This document shows positions 1 to 12,426 of a DNA stretch of 64,000 bases, piece after piece. Numbering within the stretch: position 1 is the stretch's first letter; each line of letters begins with the position of its first letter. The notes under the pieces are model-generated. The model was given only the letters and a program-made list of their open reading frames with translations, did not search any database and was not told the origin of the DNA. Source of the stretch: Trypanosoma brucei (Eukaryota); NCBI GenBank assembly GCA_000002445.1, contig CP000067.1, positions 544,001-608,000 on the forward strand, written 5' to 3'. A program made the position numbers and the translations under genes.

Positions 1-2878
1 AGAACCCTGTGGATGCGATACAGATCCGCCACGCAGACTTTTGAACTTAGTTGCTTACTGTCTAGCCCCACCAAAATTGCGAGTTATCTGCTAGGTAAAG
101 CCTGGAATTGTACTGCTAGCCAGAAAGAAAAAGGACGGTATTAAGCACCAAGTTGACCTTGCAAGTTATGAATCCGACCTATGCATAAAAGAATTATTAG
201 GTACAAAAAATAATTCGAACTTTATACTTTTTTGGCACTGCCATTTCGTGGTTTGCTTACAAATTGTGTAAATGGATAATATGGGAGTTGTCACGGACCC
301 ACCGCTGGTGGACGCGGTGATGTTGTTCCTCCGATCCTACATGTACTAGGAGAAGATACGTTGTTATTTCACGATTCGCCAAAGCCACTTTTTTTTTCCT
401 TCATTGGTGTACCGGGTTTGTGTGAATGGCTACGGTGAGAAGGTGTGTGATGCTAAAGGGTGATCGCCTGAGGTGCAGTTGTGCGTGACGAGTCTCCCTG
501 TTGGTATTTGTGAGGTTGAGCGTACGTGACGTTGCCTTTTCGCTTTGAGAAGTTTTCTGTTTGTTTTTCTGTATCCTTTAGCATTATTAGTATTTATCTA
601 CCGTCTAATTCTGGCATGCTATAAAGATATTTAAGACATCATGGGGAGGGGAGCTTCACTCTTATTCTTATTTGCTAACCGAAGGACATCGGGTTTGTGA
701 ATCCCGACCGGTGAATATCTCTTTTTATTTTACCCTATCGCGTTTGATACCTGATGTTTGGTTGAGGTGCCGCTTTCTGGGGGGGGGGGGGGATTTGTAC
801 ATGATTTGAGGGTCGTTCTCGTACTGAGTGTAAAGTTCTGTGCGGGGTGAAAGATTGTGTGCACGGCGAGAGATGCAGTTGTCTGGGGCAACGATAATAT
901 TTACGAACACTACGCTATTTTATTAAACTATGACGTTGTAGATCACGAACATGTTGACGAACATTTATGTGTCTGGGAGTTGATTGTAGAAGCACATGTA
1001 ACTTTGACAAATAATTGCATCGGTGACTTGATAGTTTGTTTTGAAATTATTGGCGTGAGGCGGCGTGTACAGATCTGAATTGTTTTCATTACGTAGTACC
1101 ATAACAACTGCGGGTACGGTTTAAGTGTTAGTGTGGAGCCACCATTGGCATTAGCTAGCTTTTCCGTGGCCTCCCCCGAACCCGCTGTTCAACCTGAGGA
1201 CGCGCAACATGTGGGCGTTGAACCTTGCGGCGATGCAGCGTAACAGAATCAAGCCGTGTGCGAATGACGATCATCAGGGTGGTCGGGAAAGGGGTGGTGA
1301 AGAGAGATCGCTTCAATGCTTCGTTGTGAGGAAAACAATAATGCTTTGTGGACGTCAATGTTTGAAGTCTTTATTCACGCTACGGTCAATTGTCCTTTAG
1401 CGGCTGCTGGGATATACATTGTTTACTTGGGGAGAGATCATTCTTAAAAATGAGCCATCGCATTTGCTGCCGTGGCCGGCGCCACGATTTTTTTTTCCAC
1501 TGTCGATCATGCCGATGCCGGTTCACTGGAGTCTTGTCATGTCTGTTCCAAATAACAAGGAACAGCTGTTTTCATGCGATATTTGCCGCTGCGATTTTTC
1601 ATGCTCCTGAAGGACGGTTGATATGTATGTAGGGTATCCGCAGATTATGCGGCTCACGCGTAAATGTTTGACTGCAACTCATGTGTTATTACTCTCATTA
1701 AATTGGATTTTTGTCGACATCACCAAAAGCGTTCGTGCAGAGGTGCGTCTACGAAGTCCAACTGTTTACTGCGTTGTGAAATACCCGAGAGAAGACTTCG
1801 TTTTCACTTTGACGCGTTTTTTTTTTTGGGGGGGGGGAGATGTGTATAAATTGGTAGCTTCTGTTGCCCAACGAGGCCAACTTCGTTGTCCCGTGCGAAA
1901 TGTGTCATTCTGAATAAGGTGGCATTCTTGAACTGGGGGTGTCTTGTTCCACCTTCATTGTGACCATGTTCCCCCGTTAAATGATTTTTTTTTTTTGAAA
2001 CCAAGCCATCGTCGACTGGGAAGGGTTGGAGGTCGGTATCGCGATAGGTTTGCTAGTGCCTGCGAGTTGTACGTTAGGTCTACCTGGGAGCGTACCTCTC
2101 AATAGATGATGTGGAATGGACATCTGAGGCGCTGGTATCGAGGGATTCTTCCGGTGGTATCAGCGCCCCTGAGTCATCATTATTGATGCCCCACCTATTT
2201 GTTGTTGAGTTTACTTTTCCTTTCCCCTCTTAAACTGTTTAATTAATTGTCAAGAAGTATTTTGGAGAGGAGTGTAAGTCCAGTGGTAAGGAAGTGAGAT
2301 GCAATGGTTCCTTCCCGCGAGCTGTCCATACCTCTCTATACTCGTGGAAGAAACAATCGGGCGGAGTAATTAACGCTTATTTTTTGCTTGTGCCATATTT
2401 TTTTTTTTGGTTCTGCACTTTCCCTCACCTAATCTAGGCCAGTGTTTACGTTGTTACCCGGACAGTTCAAAATTTTGCTATGTACTTCCTCCTTAGCCCT
2501 CGTGTTTCCCTTGTACCTATAACGGAACTGCTGTGGTGCCTATAGCTTTTCCTTTTTTCATATATACTTTTTAAGTTCGCCAACGTGTGCTCCAAAGCAC
2601 TTGTGGATCGACCCACAAGCGGTAGTAGCTGCCACGAACTCAGTAATTAAAGAAGAGGAGAGGTGATAACTGACCTTTAGTTCAAGTACGGGTAAGGTTT
2701 TGCTTCAGGAAAAAGCGGCCGGAGAGGGGAGATATAGCAGAGTGAAGGTTGGGGTGTCGCAACCCTAGGAAAAGATTGTGTTTGGCTTCGTTTGGAGGCT
2801 AGTCGTTTGTACCTGAGATCGATCGTGCGCTGCGGTAGAACCCTTTTTGTAGTGTTCTACGGTAGCTTGGGTTGAAAA

Positions 2879-3823
2879 ATGCATCAACACGGCAAGACAT
2901 CGGGAACAGATGGTAGCGGGGCAACAGTTTCCCAGTCTTCCTCGGGTTTCATGGAGACTCCGTGGCGCATCTTTGAGTACGGTGTGGCATCGGAGCAGGG
3001 CTCCCGGAAGACGATGGAAGATCAACACGCCATGGTGGCAGAATCGTTTCCATTCTTTGCCGTTTACGATGGGCACGGCGGCACGCAATGCGCTGAATTT
3101 CTTCGGGACAATCTCCACACGTTCATTTTTGGCCAGCCGGAGATCGAGACCGACCCCGAGCGTGCAACACGTGCCGGGATAGCGGAGGCCGAAAATGCCT
3201 TCCTGACAAAGTGTGCTGATGAGAAAATTGAGTCGGGCAGTACTTGTGCTGTGGCCTTGGTAGTAGATGACACTCTGATCGCGGGGAATGTCGGCGACTC
3301 GGAGATAGTGCTGTGTCGTGCCGGCGCACCCATTGTTCTGTCAACAAAGCATAGCATTCAGGACAACGTGTCTGAGGGGGAGCGCGTGAAAGCCTGCGGT
3401 GGTAGGATAATAAGCAACCGTGTGGGGCACCCCAAATTTAACCCTCAGTTACTGAGCCTCGCCATCACACGTGCTATAGGTGATGCTGGTTTTAAGCTAC
3501 GCGAATTCACTGATGGCAAACCGTCCGGCGTTATTGCCGACGCGGAGACACGATCCACAAGATTGACGGATGACGACAAGTTTCTGATCATTGGTTGCGA
3601 CGGATTGTGGGATGTTATGTCGTACGAAGCGGCAGTGCAACTCTGCTCTCGCCTCGCCTCTGAGGGCGAAACCCCGAAGGCCATTGCTGGTAGTCTGTGT
3701 CAGGAGGCTTTAAGGCAAGGGAGTACAGATAATGTCACATGCATCTACATTAATATAAGAGCAAAGAGCTCAGCCCCGGGCTGTGGACAGCTCGGCAGTG
3801 GCGACCCTCTACACAATATGTAG
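2879..3823 (+). CDS. Protein phosphatase 2C (PPM family)
   Basis: The 314-aa ORF carries PP2C signature blocks: FAVYDGHGG, GDSEIVLCR, DGLWDV and C-terminal QGSTDNVTCI. The acidic metal-binding residues are in canonical order. The start may be the downstream Met (FMETPW). Confidence 0.85.
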   Translation: MHQHGKTSGTDGSGATVSQSSSGFMETPWRIFEYGVASEQGSRKTMEDQHAMVAESFPFFAVYDGHGGTQCAEFLRDNLHTFIFGQPEIETDPERATRAGIAEAENAFLTKCADEKIESGSTCAVALVVDDTLIAGNVGDSEIVLCRAGAPIVLSTKHSIQDNVSEGERVKACGGRIISNRVGHPKFNPQLLSLAITRAIGDAGFKLREFTDGKPSGVIADAETRSTRLTDDDKFLIIGCDGLWDVMSYEAAVQLCSRLASEGETPKAIAGSLCQEALRQGSTDNVTCIYINIRAKSSAPGCGQLGSGDPLHNM

Positions 3824-6490
3824 TGAGGAAATGTGCAGAGGGCACTGCATGCATTATATGTGTCTTTGTACCCGTTGAGGACGTTCACATAACAGTGGCA
3901 ATCTAATCGTCGTCGCATTTGAGTGACTTCTTCCAAAAAAGGGGCGTCTACATGTCGATACGGGGGGGGGGGGTGGAGGCCGTAGGGCGTCAGGGCTTGT
4001 GGAGGTGTGCATGCCGTGTGTGGGTTGCTGTCGATTGGTGATGAGGAGGGTGAGACAGAAGTTAAGAGGACCGGAGGTAATGTGCTTGTGGGGAGAAACA
4101 ACGGAAGAAGAGGAGCTCTCACTCTTTTTTCTCTTCCCCATCGCGAGAAGGACCGTGCATGAGTTGTACGTGTCAACCGGGCGCTGGGCGGCGAGTTGTG
4201 TGCCGTGCAACCTATTCATGCTGTGAGAAACGATATCGACAGCAAAAAAAAAAGAAGCAACAGGACAATAAGAGAGGAAGTAGCAAGTGCCAACGATCAC
4301 CGTGCACCACCTCTCCAAGATACTTTTTATCCCTCCCCCTCTCTGGCGGCGTGTGATGCAGTGGAACATGTACCAGTGTGTTTGGGAGTTTCATACATTT
4401 TTTTACCCGTGGTGGTGGGAGTTTGGATTTACGTACCGTTTCGGTCATGACGGGACAGGAAAGGCGATGCTGAGGAGGGGTCATCATGATTAAATGCCCT
4501 CCTGCTGTGTGGACACGTCTTGACACCCGGTGTCACTTGTTACAAGAATTTATTACTACTCGCACAAGCGGCGTTGATACGAGAGCCGTCAGTGGATGAA
4601 GAGTCAAGGGAGAGGGAACGGGGGAGTCACTGGACGGAACATAGAAAAAAAAAAGACAAGACAAAAGGGAGAGTGCTACCAGTAAGGGAGAAAGGAGGGT
4701 GCCGACAGGAAAAAGCAAAAGGGAGGATCAGAGAAAGCGGAAGCGCGCGATGCTAGGCAAAGCAAACAAGACGAAATTACCTGCGTGGGTTTGTTCTCGT
4801 CTCTAATACCTTGCTGTTTTACTTGTTTTTTTCAGCCTCCTTTCAGCGCGGTTCCCCATAGCTTTCTCTCCATTCGGACCGTTTCCTCACGCTCCTCCGC
4901 GATCCTTGCACGGAGCCACAAAGAAGTGAATCATAACAAAAGTGAACGGGCAAACGAGGAGAATATCGGAAGCGCAACTCCGAAGAAGAGAGAGCGAAAA
5001 CAGCGAACGAACGCAGACACGTACATGAAAAAGGTGGAAGACTTAGTGCCCGTGCAAGGTTCGCAACTGGCTGTCCATGTATACGCATGCTTGCAGTTGC
5101 GTTTGAAAAGACAGTTAAGTGGGAGAGAAAGGGATAGCAGGGAGGGAATAGGCAAAAAGGAGGCGCACAGGGGAAAGGGATCATACAGCCGCAGAATATA
5201 GAGGAAAATCCAGGGACCCACACGCGGCCTCCGTGCGCTGTGGCAACAAAGGCAGGTTGCGCATGTTTGTGTGCTTGGTGAACTGTTGGCGCTTCAAGCG
5301 CATGAGCGTTCAGGAGGTAAAGGATGTACAAGTGGGGCTACGCGGTTGGTATATGTGGGGAGGGGGGCGGCGTGGAGGTGAAGGTTGCTGTTGAAGTGTA
5401 TATGAGGCAAAGGTTGGGCGAAAACGTGTTTGTGTGCTTAGGGGAAGAAAAAATACTTCTGAGTAATGTAAGGATGTACGCGTATACACATGCATATGTA
5501 TATACATATACGTTCTATGTATCTCTGCATGTTTATGCGTTCCGTGAGTGAACAACGGGTCTCTGGCACCAAGGGATTGCATGCGAATTAGAAAGAAATA
5601 AAAGTGAAAAATGATAGAGTGTGAGTTGCAGGGGCATGTAAAAGAGCTGAGGGGAAGTGTGGAAGGTGAAGGGGTGTGAGTGCGTGTTCAAAATGGGAAG
5701 AAATTGAAAAAAAAAGTAACACAAGAGAGCAACGACAATGCGGTTAGGGAAGTGTTTTGCCAGTGATATTACGCTGTAGCTGTGGCCATATCAGTACTGC
5801 TTCGTTTTTTTTCTTTATTTTCGGCTTGCTTTTTTTGTTTTGATTTAAACTTACCTGCTATCTATTTATTATTTTCCTTTCGTGTCTGTGTGTCTGTGTG
5901 TGTGCTCTTGTGCGTTAGGGATGTTGGTTCTTCAGTGTAAAGCGTTCTGTGGGCTGCGATTCCTTGTGCTGCGTATACATATATATATATATCTCCATTA
6001 TTTGTATGTGTTCGTGTATGTGTTTTTGTGTCCTTTTCTCCCTTTCCACATCCTCTTCCGGCCCTTAGTGTGTTCCCTACGGTGGTGCACTTGAACGGCA
6101 TTGGAAATGAGCGTATACATTTTTTGAACTGTTGGAGACGTGTGAGCTGGCTGTTGTTCCTTGTAGGAGTGCTGTACCCGTTGATGTGTTCTTATGTTGC
6201 GAACTGCACTCTTCTTTTCTACCTTATTCTATGGTCGTTTGTATGTGTGTGTTAAATTTCTATAGTGATTGTAGGGCTCCCAGTATTCCCTCTCTTTCGA
6301 TTTTACTGCCGTACATTCAATTAATACCTTTATCACGCCGCTGGCTGTCGCCGACGCAGTTCTGGTTTTTACTTTTTTTCAAGCTTTGATCGTGGTGGGT
6401 CGGCTTCATTTGTGCTGGTGGTCGTTGCTCGCCGCTGCTTGGGCCTTTTTTTCCTGGTAACTCGCAACATTGCGCGGGACACCTTGGCAA

Positions 6491-6516
6491 TATATATATA
6501 TATATATATATATATA
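6491..6516. repeat. (TA)13 microsatellite
   Basis: Direct reading: tatatatatatatatatatatatata, immediately upstream of the ATG at 6541. Confidence 0.95.
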
Positions 6517-6540
6517 GATTCGTCCTGTGAGGTCCTCATA

Positions 6541-7767
6541 ATGGAATCACCAACGTGCGGCGACGCAGTGGGGAGTGTGGATGCTGGTCGTGAAACGTCG
6601 TGCCCAGGTTCATCTTCCGGGGTGCCGTATCCTCTTTTTCATTTGATAGCGGGTGACACTGTTATCCTTGCCATGGAGCACAACAATCACAGCAAGTTGC
6701 TCGCTTTATCGACATCAAGAAATGAAATTTTTGTAACAAATACGCAGAGCCTGCCGATGGAGGCGGTGCAGATGTCGGATGGGGAGAAAGAGAGGTGGGA
6801 CCCCGCCGCTGCAACCACGTTAGTTGACCGGCTGCGCCACGCGTGTACGCAGCTTGTTTGGGCGCCTTGGCAATACGGCAACCGCCTTGCGTGTATATCC
6901 CGCGGGAAGCACATACGGATATACCGTTTATCACACAACCGCTGGGCGTTAGATGAGGCGGTACCCGTACAAGATTGCAACGCAGCCGCCTTTTCCCCCT
7001 ACCTCACCATGGCGTGCGCCTGTGCAAAAGGGAAAGTACTGATATTCGCCCAGTCGAATTCCGATGGAAACAGTGCGTGGTCTTGCTGCAGCACATACTC
7101 CTTGGAATCCGAAAGTAGCAGCTCATTTAACCAGCCTATTGGTAGGAACCGTACCACCAAGGGCTGTACATGTGTAAGCTGGGACGAAAGTGGTAGTTTG
7201 CTGGCTGTGGGAGACGGTGCAGGGAGCTTTCGTGTCATGTACGTCACCGGTGAGAGTCGACGCGTTGTCGGCACTGCGTATGGCCCCAGGGTAACCACCG
7301 ACCGCGCGGCTGTACGCCATCTGTCATGGGCTCCAGGTGCAGGCCGTAGCTTTCTTATACTCGCTGTCGTCACTTTGGAGAGCGTGACGCTTTTGTTTTT
7401 TAAGCGGCCTTCCGGGGGTGCTGTAGCTACAGGCGGAGCACACGCCCTCGTTCCTGATCGGCTACAATTGATGACTGAGACAAGTATGGAAAAGCAAGAT
7501 GTAGTGGGACTTATTTGGAATTCGAATGGGACACGTTTTGTGACTAATCACACCGCCGGTACTTTGGGCGTGTGGACGATTGTGGTTTCGTTTGTGCGGC
7601 CAGTGCGACGAGCTGTGAGCGATATGGGAGATAGGGGAATGGGCTTGCCTCATGCCGGTGAGCCGTGTGAAGACCAGTCTCCCGTTCTGGTGGCGCAAAT
7701 GAGACAGATATCAGTGGTACATCTATTTCAGAATGGAGGATATTGGTGGCGGGGAGGGGGTTCGTAG
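6541..7767 (+). CDS. Hypothetical protein, possible WD40/beta-propeller-like
   Basis: Long ORF with coding-like composition. The six-frame start at 6412 runs through a (TA)13 microsatellite (translated as IYIYIYI), so I moved the start to the in-frame ATG at 6541 (MESPTCGD...). Segments such as LVWAPWQYGNRLACISRGKHIRIY and CVSWDESGSLLAVGDGAGSFRV resemble WD-repeat strands. Confidence 0.45.
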   Translation: MESPTCGDAVGSVDAGRETSCPGSSSGVPYPLFHLIAGDTVILAMEHNNHSKLLALSTSRNEIFVTNTQSLPMEAVQMSDGEKERWDPAAATTLVDRLRHACTQLVWAPWQYGNRLACISRGKHIRIYRLSHNRWALDEAVPVQDCNAAAFSPYLTMACACAKGKVLIFAQSNSDGNSAWSCCSTYSLESESSSSFNQPIGRNRTTKGCTCVSWDESGSLLAVGDGAGSFRVMYVTGESRRVVGTAYGPRVTTDRAAVRHLSWAPGAGRSFLILAVVTLESVTLLFFKRPSGGAVATGGAHALVPDRLQLMTETSMEKQDVVGLIWNSNGTRFVTNHTAGTLGVWTIVVSFVRPVRRAVSDMGDRGMGLPHAGEPCEDQSPVLVAQMRQISVVHLFQNGGYWWRGGGS

Positions 7768-8093
7768 TTGCGTTTACGTGATACGCAGGAGACAATGCAA
7801 GTCCATGAGGTGCCGGCGAAGTTCCCAGGTGACAAGGCGCACACCTCAGGTGGATTGTGTGTGTGCGTGGTGGTAACCCATTTGCGTACTACTATTATTT
7901 ATATGTCTTTTGTTAGGTATGGTTGTTGATATGGCACACTTCACCCACTTTTTGACCCTCCTCGGTAGGTAGGACTTTGTGGCCCGGCTGGCGGAAGCTG
8001 CTACATCCGTATCGGACAGCAGCTAGAGATATCTAGGGTCGAGCAGCTGCACGTACGCATACATCTATTCCTTTCCCGCGGTAGAATCGCCAT

Positions 8094-9050
8094 ATGGGTA
8101 GTGACGTTGATTTGAGGAATGAAACCGAAGCGAAGAACAGCAACCATTTTGGGAAAAGGACAAATTTGGATCGTAGCTCGGTGAAGCGTCAGCGTGATGG
8201 CAAAGGTGGCGATTCTCTCCATAGAGCATGCCCAAATGCTGCGGATGTCCAACGTGCTGTGGCATGTGGAGGGGGAGAGGCGAAGGACGCAGCAGATGGT
8301 GGAAAACTCTCTCGGACCCGGGTCGGTCGGCTCTCTGATCCGGTATATCGAATCATGCACATGCTGCCTCGTTCTGACGTCCTTGAAGTGGTTAAATGTC
8401 GCTTTGGTCCCGAGGAGTGCCAGCGAGCGGCCTCGTACTTCGACAAATCTTTCATGGAGAACCCTCTGAGGCATCTACGATTGCAGATCGGGTGCGATCG
8501 CGCGACGGGGCTTAACCTCTTCTTTCCGAAGTTGCAGCATCACCGGGGAACGCTGCGGCACCTTGACCTATCTCGTAACCGTTTAGATGAGGACGATGTG
8601 GCAACATTGGTGCAGGTACTTGATATCCGTAGGGATGAAACAAACAACAATTCCTCGGCCCTTGAGGTTTTAGACTTGAGTTATAATCGCCATATCGGTG
8701 ACCGTGGCGGTGTGATGCTTCTCAGCGCCCTGCGCGGCAATGACCGTATTCGTGCTGTAATTCTCAAAGGTATTTCTCTGAGCGACGCTGGTGCATTTGG
8801 GATAGCGGCGTTGTTGCCGCAGCGACCCAAGCCACTTCTGTGCGGCGAGGGAGGTGGTTGTGATTATCCCTTGTCCTCATCAGCTAGCGTGTCACAAAAC
8901 CCCACGTTTTTCTTGAATCTAAATGAAAACATTATCGGTGTTAAAGGGATTGGCGCCCTAGGGAAGGGGATCCCTTCTTACGTCTCTGTCACTGCTAGTA
9001 GACAATATCCTTCGTTTTCATCGCGACGTTCGGCACGCGTGATTCGGTGA
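8094..9050 (+). CDS. Leucine-rich-repeat protein (ribonuclease-inhibitor-like LRR)
   Basis: Repeated LxxLxLSxNxLxDDD / LEVLDLSYNRHIGDRGGVMLLSALRGN motifs. These are typical RI-type LRRs of 28-29 residues. Confidence 0.6.
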   Translation: MGSDVDLRNETEAKNSNHFGKRTNLDRSSVKRQRDGKGGDSLHRACPNAADVQRAVACGGGEAKDAADGGKLSRTRVGRLSDPVYRIMHMLPRSDVLEVVKCRFGPEECQRAASYFDKSFMENPLRHLRLQIGCDRATGLNLFFPKLQHHRGTLRHLDLSRNRLDEDDVATLVQVLDIRRDETNNNSSALEVLDLSYNRHIGDRGGVMLLSALRGNDRIRAVILKGISLSDAGAFGIAALLPQRPKPLLCGEGGGCDYPLSSSASVSQNPTFFLNLNENIIGVKGIGALGKGIPSYVSVTASRQYPSFSSRRSARVIR

Positions 9051-9390
9051 GCGAGTTGAGGTCGTTGTTCGGTGTGCCTGCGTTGGTGTTTCACGTTGCC
9101 TCATAACATAACAAATCCCCCTTCTTTCTTGGTCGCTATGCATCTATTGTGAACAGTTTCGTCAGGCAGACATTTTTGTGCCGGTGTACGTTTGGTTATT
9201 TTCTTCACTCGCCGCTAGTATTCCTTCGTCTTTGCTTAGGAGGGACCAAGAGACGGTAACTAGGAAATTGAGCGAAAATCACTAGAATTAGGCGCTTACC
9301 GTTAGGTTTGCTTCGTTTCTCCTCTGAAGTGTCGTGTACGGCGCCGCTCGGCGGAGTTGATAATATACTAGCGCGTTCTGCAGCTGTGTT

Positions 9391-12300
9391 GTGGGTGAAA
9401 CCAACCCCCTTATCACAGCTGGTATGGCAGATACCTTGCAACTTCTGGGGGATGTCACAGATGTGTCAAATGCGGCTGCCATAGTCGGGCTCGACACACT
9501 TGTGGAGGAGGGGCGTCTTATCGAAGAGCGAGCCGATTATCTGAAAGAAAAATTCAAAGAGCTCCACAATCGTGTTCTGGTAGTGTACAAACGGGACTTT
9601 TTTCTTTTGAAGAGGGCACGGCAGCTGCGAAAGGAGCTTGATGCCCAGAAGGAGCGGATGGCGGCGCGCGGGAAGATTGCCCAGGATGATGACGCGGAGA
9701 TCCAGCGCTTGAATAAGTTGCTCATGGATACTGAGGAAGAGCTCTCAGATGCCCAGGAGCGCGAGAGTATTCTTCAGGTGGAGGTGCTAGAATTAGATAG
9801 GAAGAAATTTACTGTAGCGCTAGAACGTGAGGATGCTATCGCAGCTGAGGAGGCTCAGTTGAGACCTCGCATGGAGGCTATGCGGCAGGAGGTATCGTCA
9901 ACTGGAAAGGAGCTCGAGGACATGGTGGAACAATGCAAGACCCTTTCTGCGAAGCGCGACGTTTTACTAGCACAGGAAGCGGAGGCTACGGAGGCCCTCG
10001 CTAAGTTTAAAACAACGATGGCGGAGACTACAAGGCAGCTTGCCAACATCGAACGGTTGCCAGAACATTCCCTTAGACAGGCACAGGTGATTCTGAAGAG
10101 TTACGAAGCTGCGTTGCTTGAGGCGAAGGCCCTGGACGAGAAGTTGGCCGCTCAAGCTGACATGATAGCAAAGCTAGAGTTGAAGAAGAACAATCGCAAC
10201 TTGGACTACGAGCAGGCTGTGGCCAACCTGCAGAAACTCAAATCCAAGATAGACTCAAAACGCGTCACCATTGCCACCCTCAACACTTCATTAGAGATGG
10301 AGCAGGAGGCACGTCTGGGGTATCAACAACGAATAGCTCAAATAGAAGATCTCATTAACACCACCAATGCCACAAGGGCCAAACAGTGTGAAGACGTGGA
10401 ACAGGCGAGACGGGATCTAGAGCAGGCTCGGGAGGAGTATGCGGAACTTGACATTGCGCTCTGCAAAATTATAAAAGAGCAGAAGGATGTAAAGGACAAC
10501 ATAACCAGTGTAATGAAAACTATCGAGCGTGTGGAAACTACGCGCAAAAGAAACGCACAACGCTTAGACGACGCGAAACGGGATGCAGAGAGACGAAATC
10601 AACTTTTCTTGAAGGAGCAAGGCTATGAGAAGGAGTTTACCGCAAAGGTTGGAGCGGTTAGCGCTGATATCAAGGTGATAGAGAAGGAGATCATAAACCG
10701 AACGCTGCAGGAGGAGACAAAACGTCGTGAGATCAAAGCCTTGGTCGTTCGTCTACAGGAACTCAGTAAGGAGAAAGCTAAGGGCAAGAGCCGTATCATC
10801 ATAGGGAAACATGAGCTACGGATGAAGGAGATGTACGTGAGCGATGCCCGGAAGCGTCTCTCCGACTTAGAACTTCGACTTGATTCTATCATCGATACGT
10901 TCCAGAGCATCAAGCATGAACGGACTCACAAGGCTGCGCAGATACAGGCTATAACACAAAAGATGACTGAGATGACTGAGAAAAAGGCCATTCTTGAGAA
11001 TGAGCTTGTTGTCCTATGCCGAGAGTCCGCTGTAAAGGAGGCTGAGTTGGTGAAGAAGCGAAGGCAAATTCACAAACTCCGACAATCATGCAGGGCGCTC
11101 CGGTTGGAGAAAAACAATCAGCGAAAATGCTTGGAAAAAAGGAGTTTGGAAGAACGTAATATAAAGGCTCAAGCCCGGCGGGTGGCCAGCCGCATTGCCA
11201 CCATGGAGGAGGAGATGGGAGGCGCGAAGCGGAACTATCAAAACATTATCGAGAACCGTGACGGTGCTGGCATTCAGCTTCTTGACAGGAACGATGAGTT
11301 GTGTGTGTTGTACGAACGCTTCAAGACGCAAGAGAAGGTTATCCGCGATGGAATCACCGTGGACAATGCTCGTGAGGAGGAGATACGGGCGCTGCGCATA
11401 AAATTTACTGATGTCCGTCGTCAGGTTGACCTTGTTCGCGCTTCGGTGCCTCAGGTGAAGGAACTGGAGGACCGGCTGGCAAAAATCCTGAATGACATTG
11501 ATGATGAAAAGTGGAAGGTGGAGGTTCTAGAAAATGACCTCACAAATCCAAAGAACGCGCACCGCTGGCGGCTTCTTAAAAGACAAAACGCGGGGAGGAG
11601 CGTCGCCTCAGGCGTCACCGCCCCCCAGCAGGCACACTCCGACGTCGTTGCTACTGCCTCCCCTGGTGAGGCAGCACCGAGCGCCATTGTGACTGCGTCT
11701 GACAGCTGCTCGGACGACGTCGTTGACTTGCAGCAGCGATATCAGCAGTTGGAGGAACGCGTCAGAAATGTCAACGAGCGTATCCGTGAAAAGGAGCTCA
11801 TTCTCGAGGAGGTGACTGAGTTGTCGACGCGTTTAGCTGAGCAAGTTAAGAACGGGCGTGAGTTTACCCTAGCACTCACGAAACAGGTGAATTCTCACCA
11901 TCACAGCATTCGGGCAAAGACGAGGCAGATGATGGCTACCGTTTCCGAACTCTCTGTTTTTCAGGCATCCGCAATTCAGTTGCAACAAGACGTGCAGCGT
12001 CTTGAAGGCATCGTTGAGGAAGCGGAGCGGCTGATGGCGGAGGGTGAGGCTCCTTTCGCTGAGGCAGAGGAGCGGTACATTAGAGAAGTTGAGGGCAAGG
12101 CGCGGTACAGGAACGTTCTGCGGCGCAAAAAAGAGGAATTGGAATCGGAGAAATCCAAGGGTCCCAAGGTTTACGTCGAGCAACGGCCGAATGCTTACAT
12201 CCCGGATGACGGTTTGAGTGTTCCGAAACCATTTGGGGCCCTAATGCCCTTCAAACCGACGCCGGCAGTTCAAACATCGCGGTATTACAGGAGTAAATCC

Positions 12301-12426
12301 GAACGTTCTCGAGATAGCGATGGGCCGAAACGAGGCCCATACTCGGAGTCTTATAGCGGTGGGGGTAGCTTAAAGGGCAACGACAATGGGCCCCCTAAAA
12401 CCAACCACTTTTCGCTGACGCAGTGA
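9391..12426 (+). CDS. Large coiled-coil protein (about 1011 aa), function unknown
   Basis: Uninterrupted 3 kb ORF that is very rich in E/K/R/L/Q heptad-like sequence, with a low-complexity Ser/Ala/Val insert near residues 730-780. A shorter start at 9424 (MADTLQ) is possible. Confidence 0.65.
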   Translation: MGETNPLITAGMADTLQLLGDVTDVSNAAAIVGLDTLVEEGRLIEERADYLKEKFKELHNRVLVVYKRDFFLLKRARQLRKELDAQKERMAARGKIAQDDDAEIQRLNKLLMDTEEELSDAQERESILQVEVLELDRKKFTVALEREDAIAAEEAQLRPRMEAMRQEVSSTGKELEDMVEQCKTLSAKRDVLLAQEAEATEALAKFKTTMAETTRQLANIERLPEHSLRQAQVILKSYEAALLEAKALDEKLAAQADMIAKLELKKNNRNLDYEQAVANLQKLKSKIDSKRVTIATLNTSLEMEQEARLGYQQRIAQIEDLINTTNATRAKQCEDVEQARRDLEQAREEYAELDIALCKIIKEQKDVKDNITSVMKTIERVETTRKRNAQRLDDAKRDAERRNQLFLKEQGYEKEFTAKVGAVSADIKVIEKEIINRTLQEETKRREIKALVVRLQELSKEKAKGKSRIIIGKHELRMKEMYVSDARKRLSDLELRLDSIIDTFQSIKHERTHKAAQIQAITQKMTEMTEKKAILENELVVLCRESAVKEAELVKKRRQIHKLRQSCRALRLEKNNQRKCLEKRSLEERNIKAQARRVASRIATMEEEMGGAKRNYQNIIENRDGAGIQLLDRNDELCVLYERFKTQEKVIRDGITVDNAREEEIRALRIKFTDVRRQVDLVRASVPQVKELEDRLAKILNDIDDEKWKVEVLENDLTNPKNAHRWRLLKRQNAGRSVASGVTAPQQAHSDVVATASPGEAAPSAIVTASDSCSDDVVDLQQRYQQLEERVRNVNERIREKELILEEVTELSTRLAEQVKNGREFTLALTKQVNSHHHSIRAKTRQMMATVSELSVFQASAIQLQQDVQRLEGIVEEAERLMAEGEAPFAEAEERYIREVEGKARYRNVLRRKKEELESEKSKGPKVYVEQRPNAYIPDDGLSVPKPFGALMPFKPTPAVQTSRYYRSKSERSRDSDGPKRGPYSESYSGGGSLKGNDNGPPKTNHFSLTQ

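Noticed and set aside
5745-5760. Single ggttaggg telomere-like hexamer
   Set aside because: It is one copy only, with no tandem array. It has no telomeric meaning here.
6412-6540. N-terminal 43 codons of the 6412-7767 ORF
   Set aside because: They read through a (TA)13 microsatellite (IYIYIYIYI). The start is more plausibly at the ATG at 6541.
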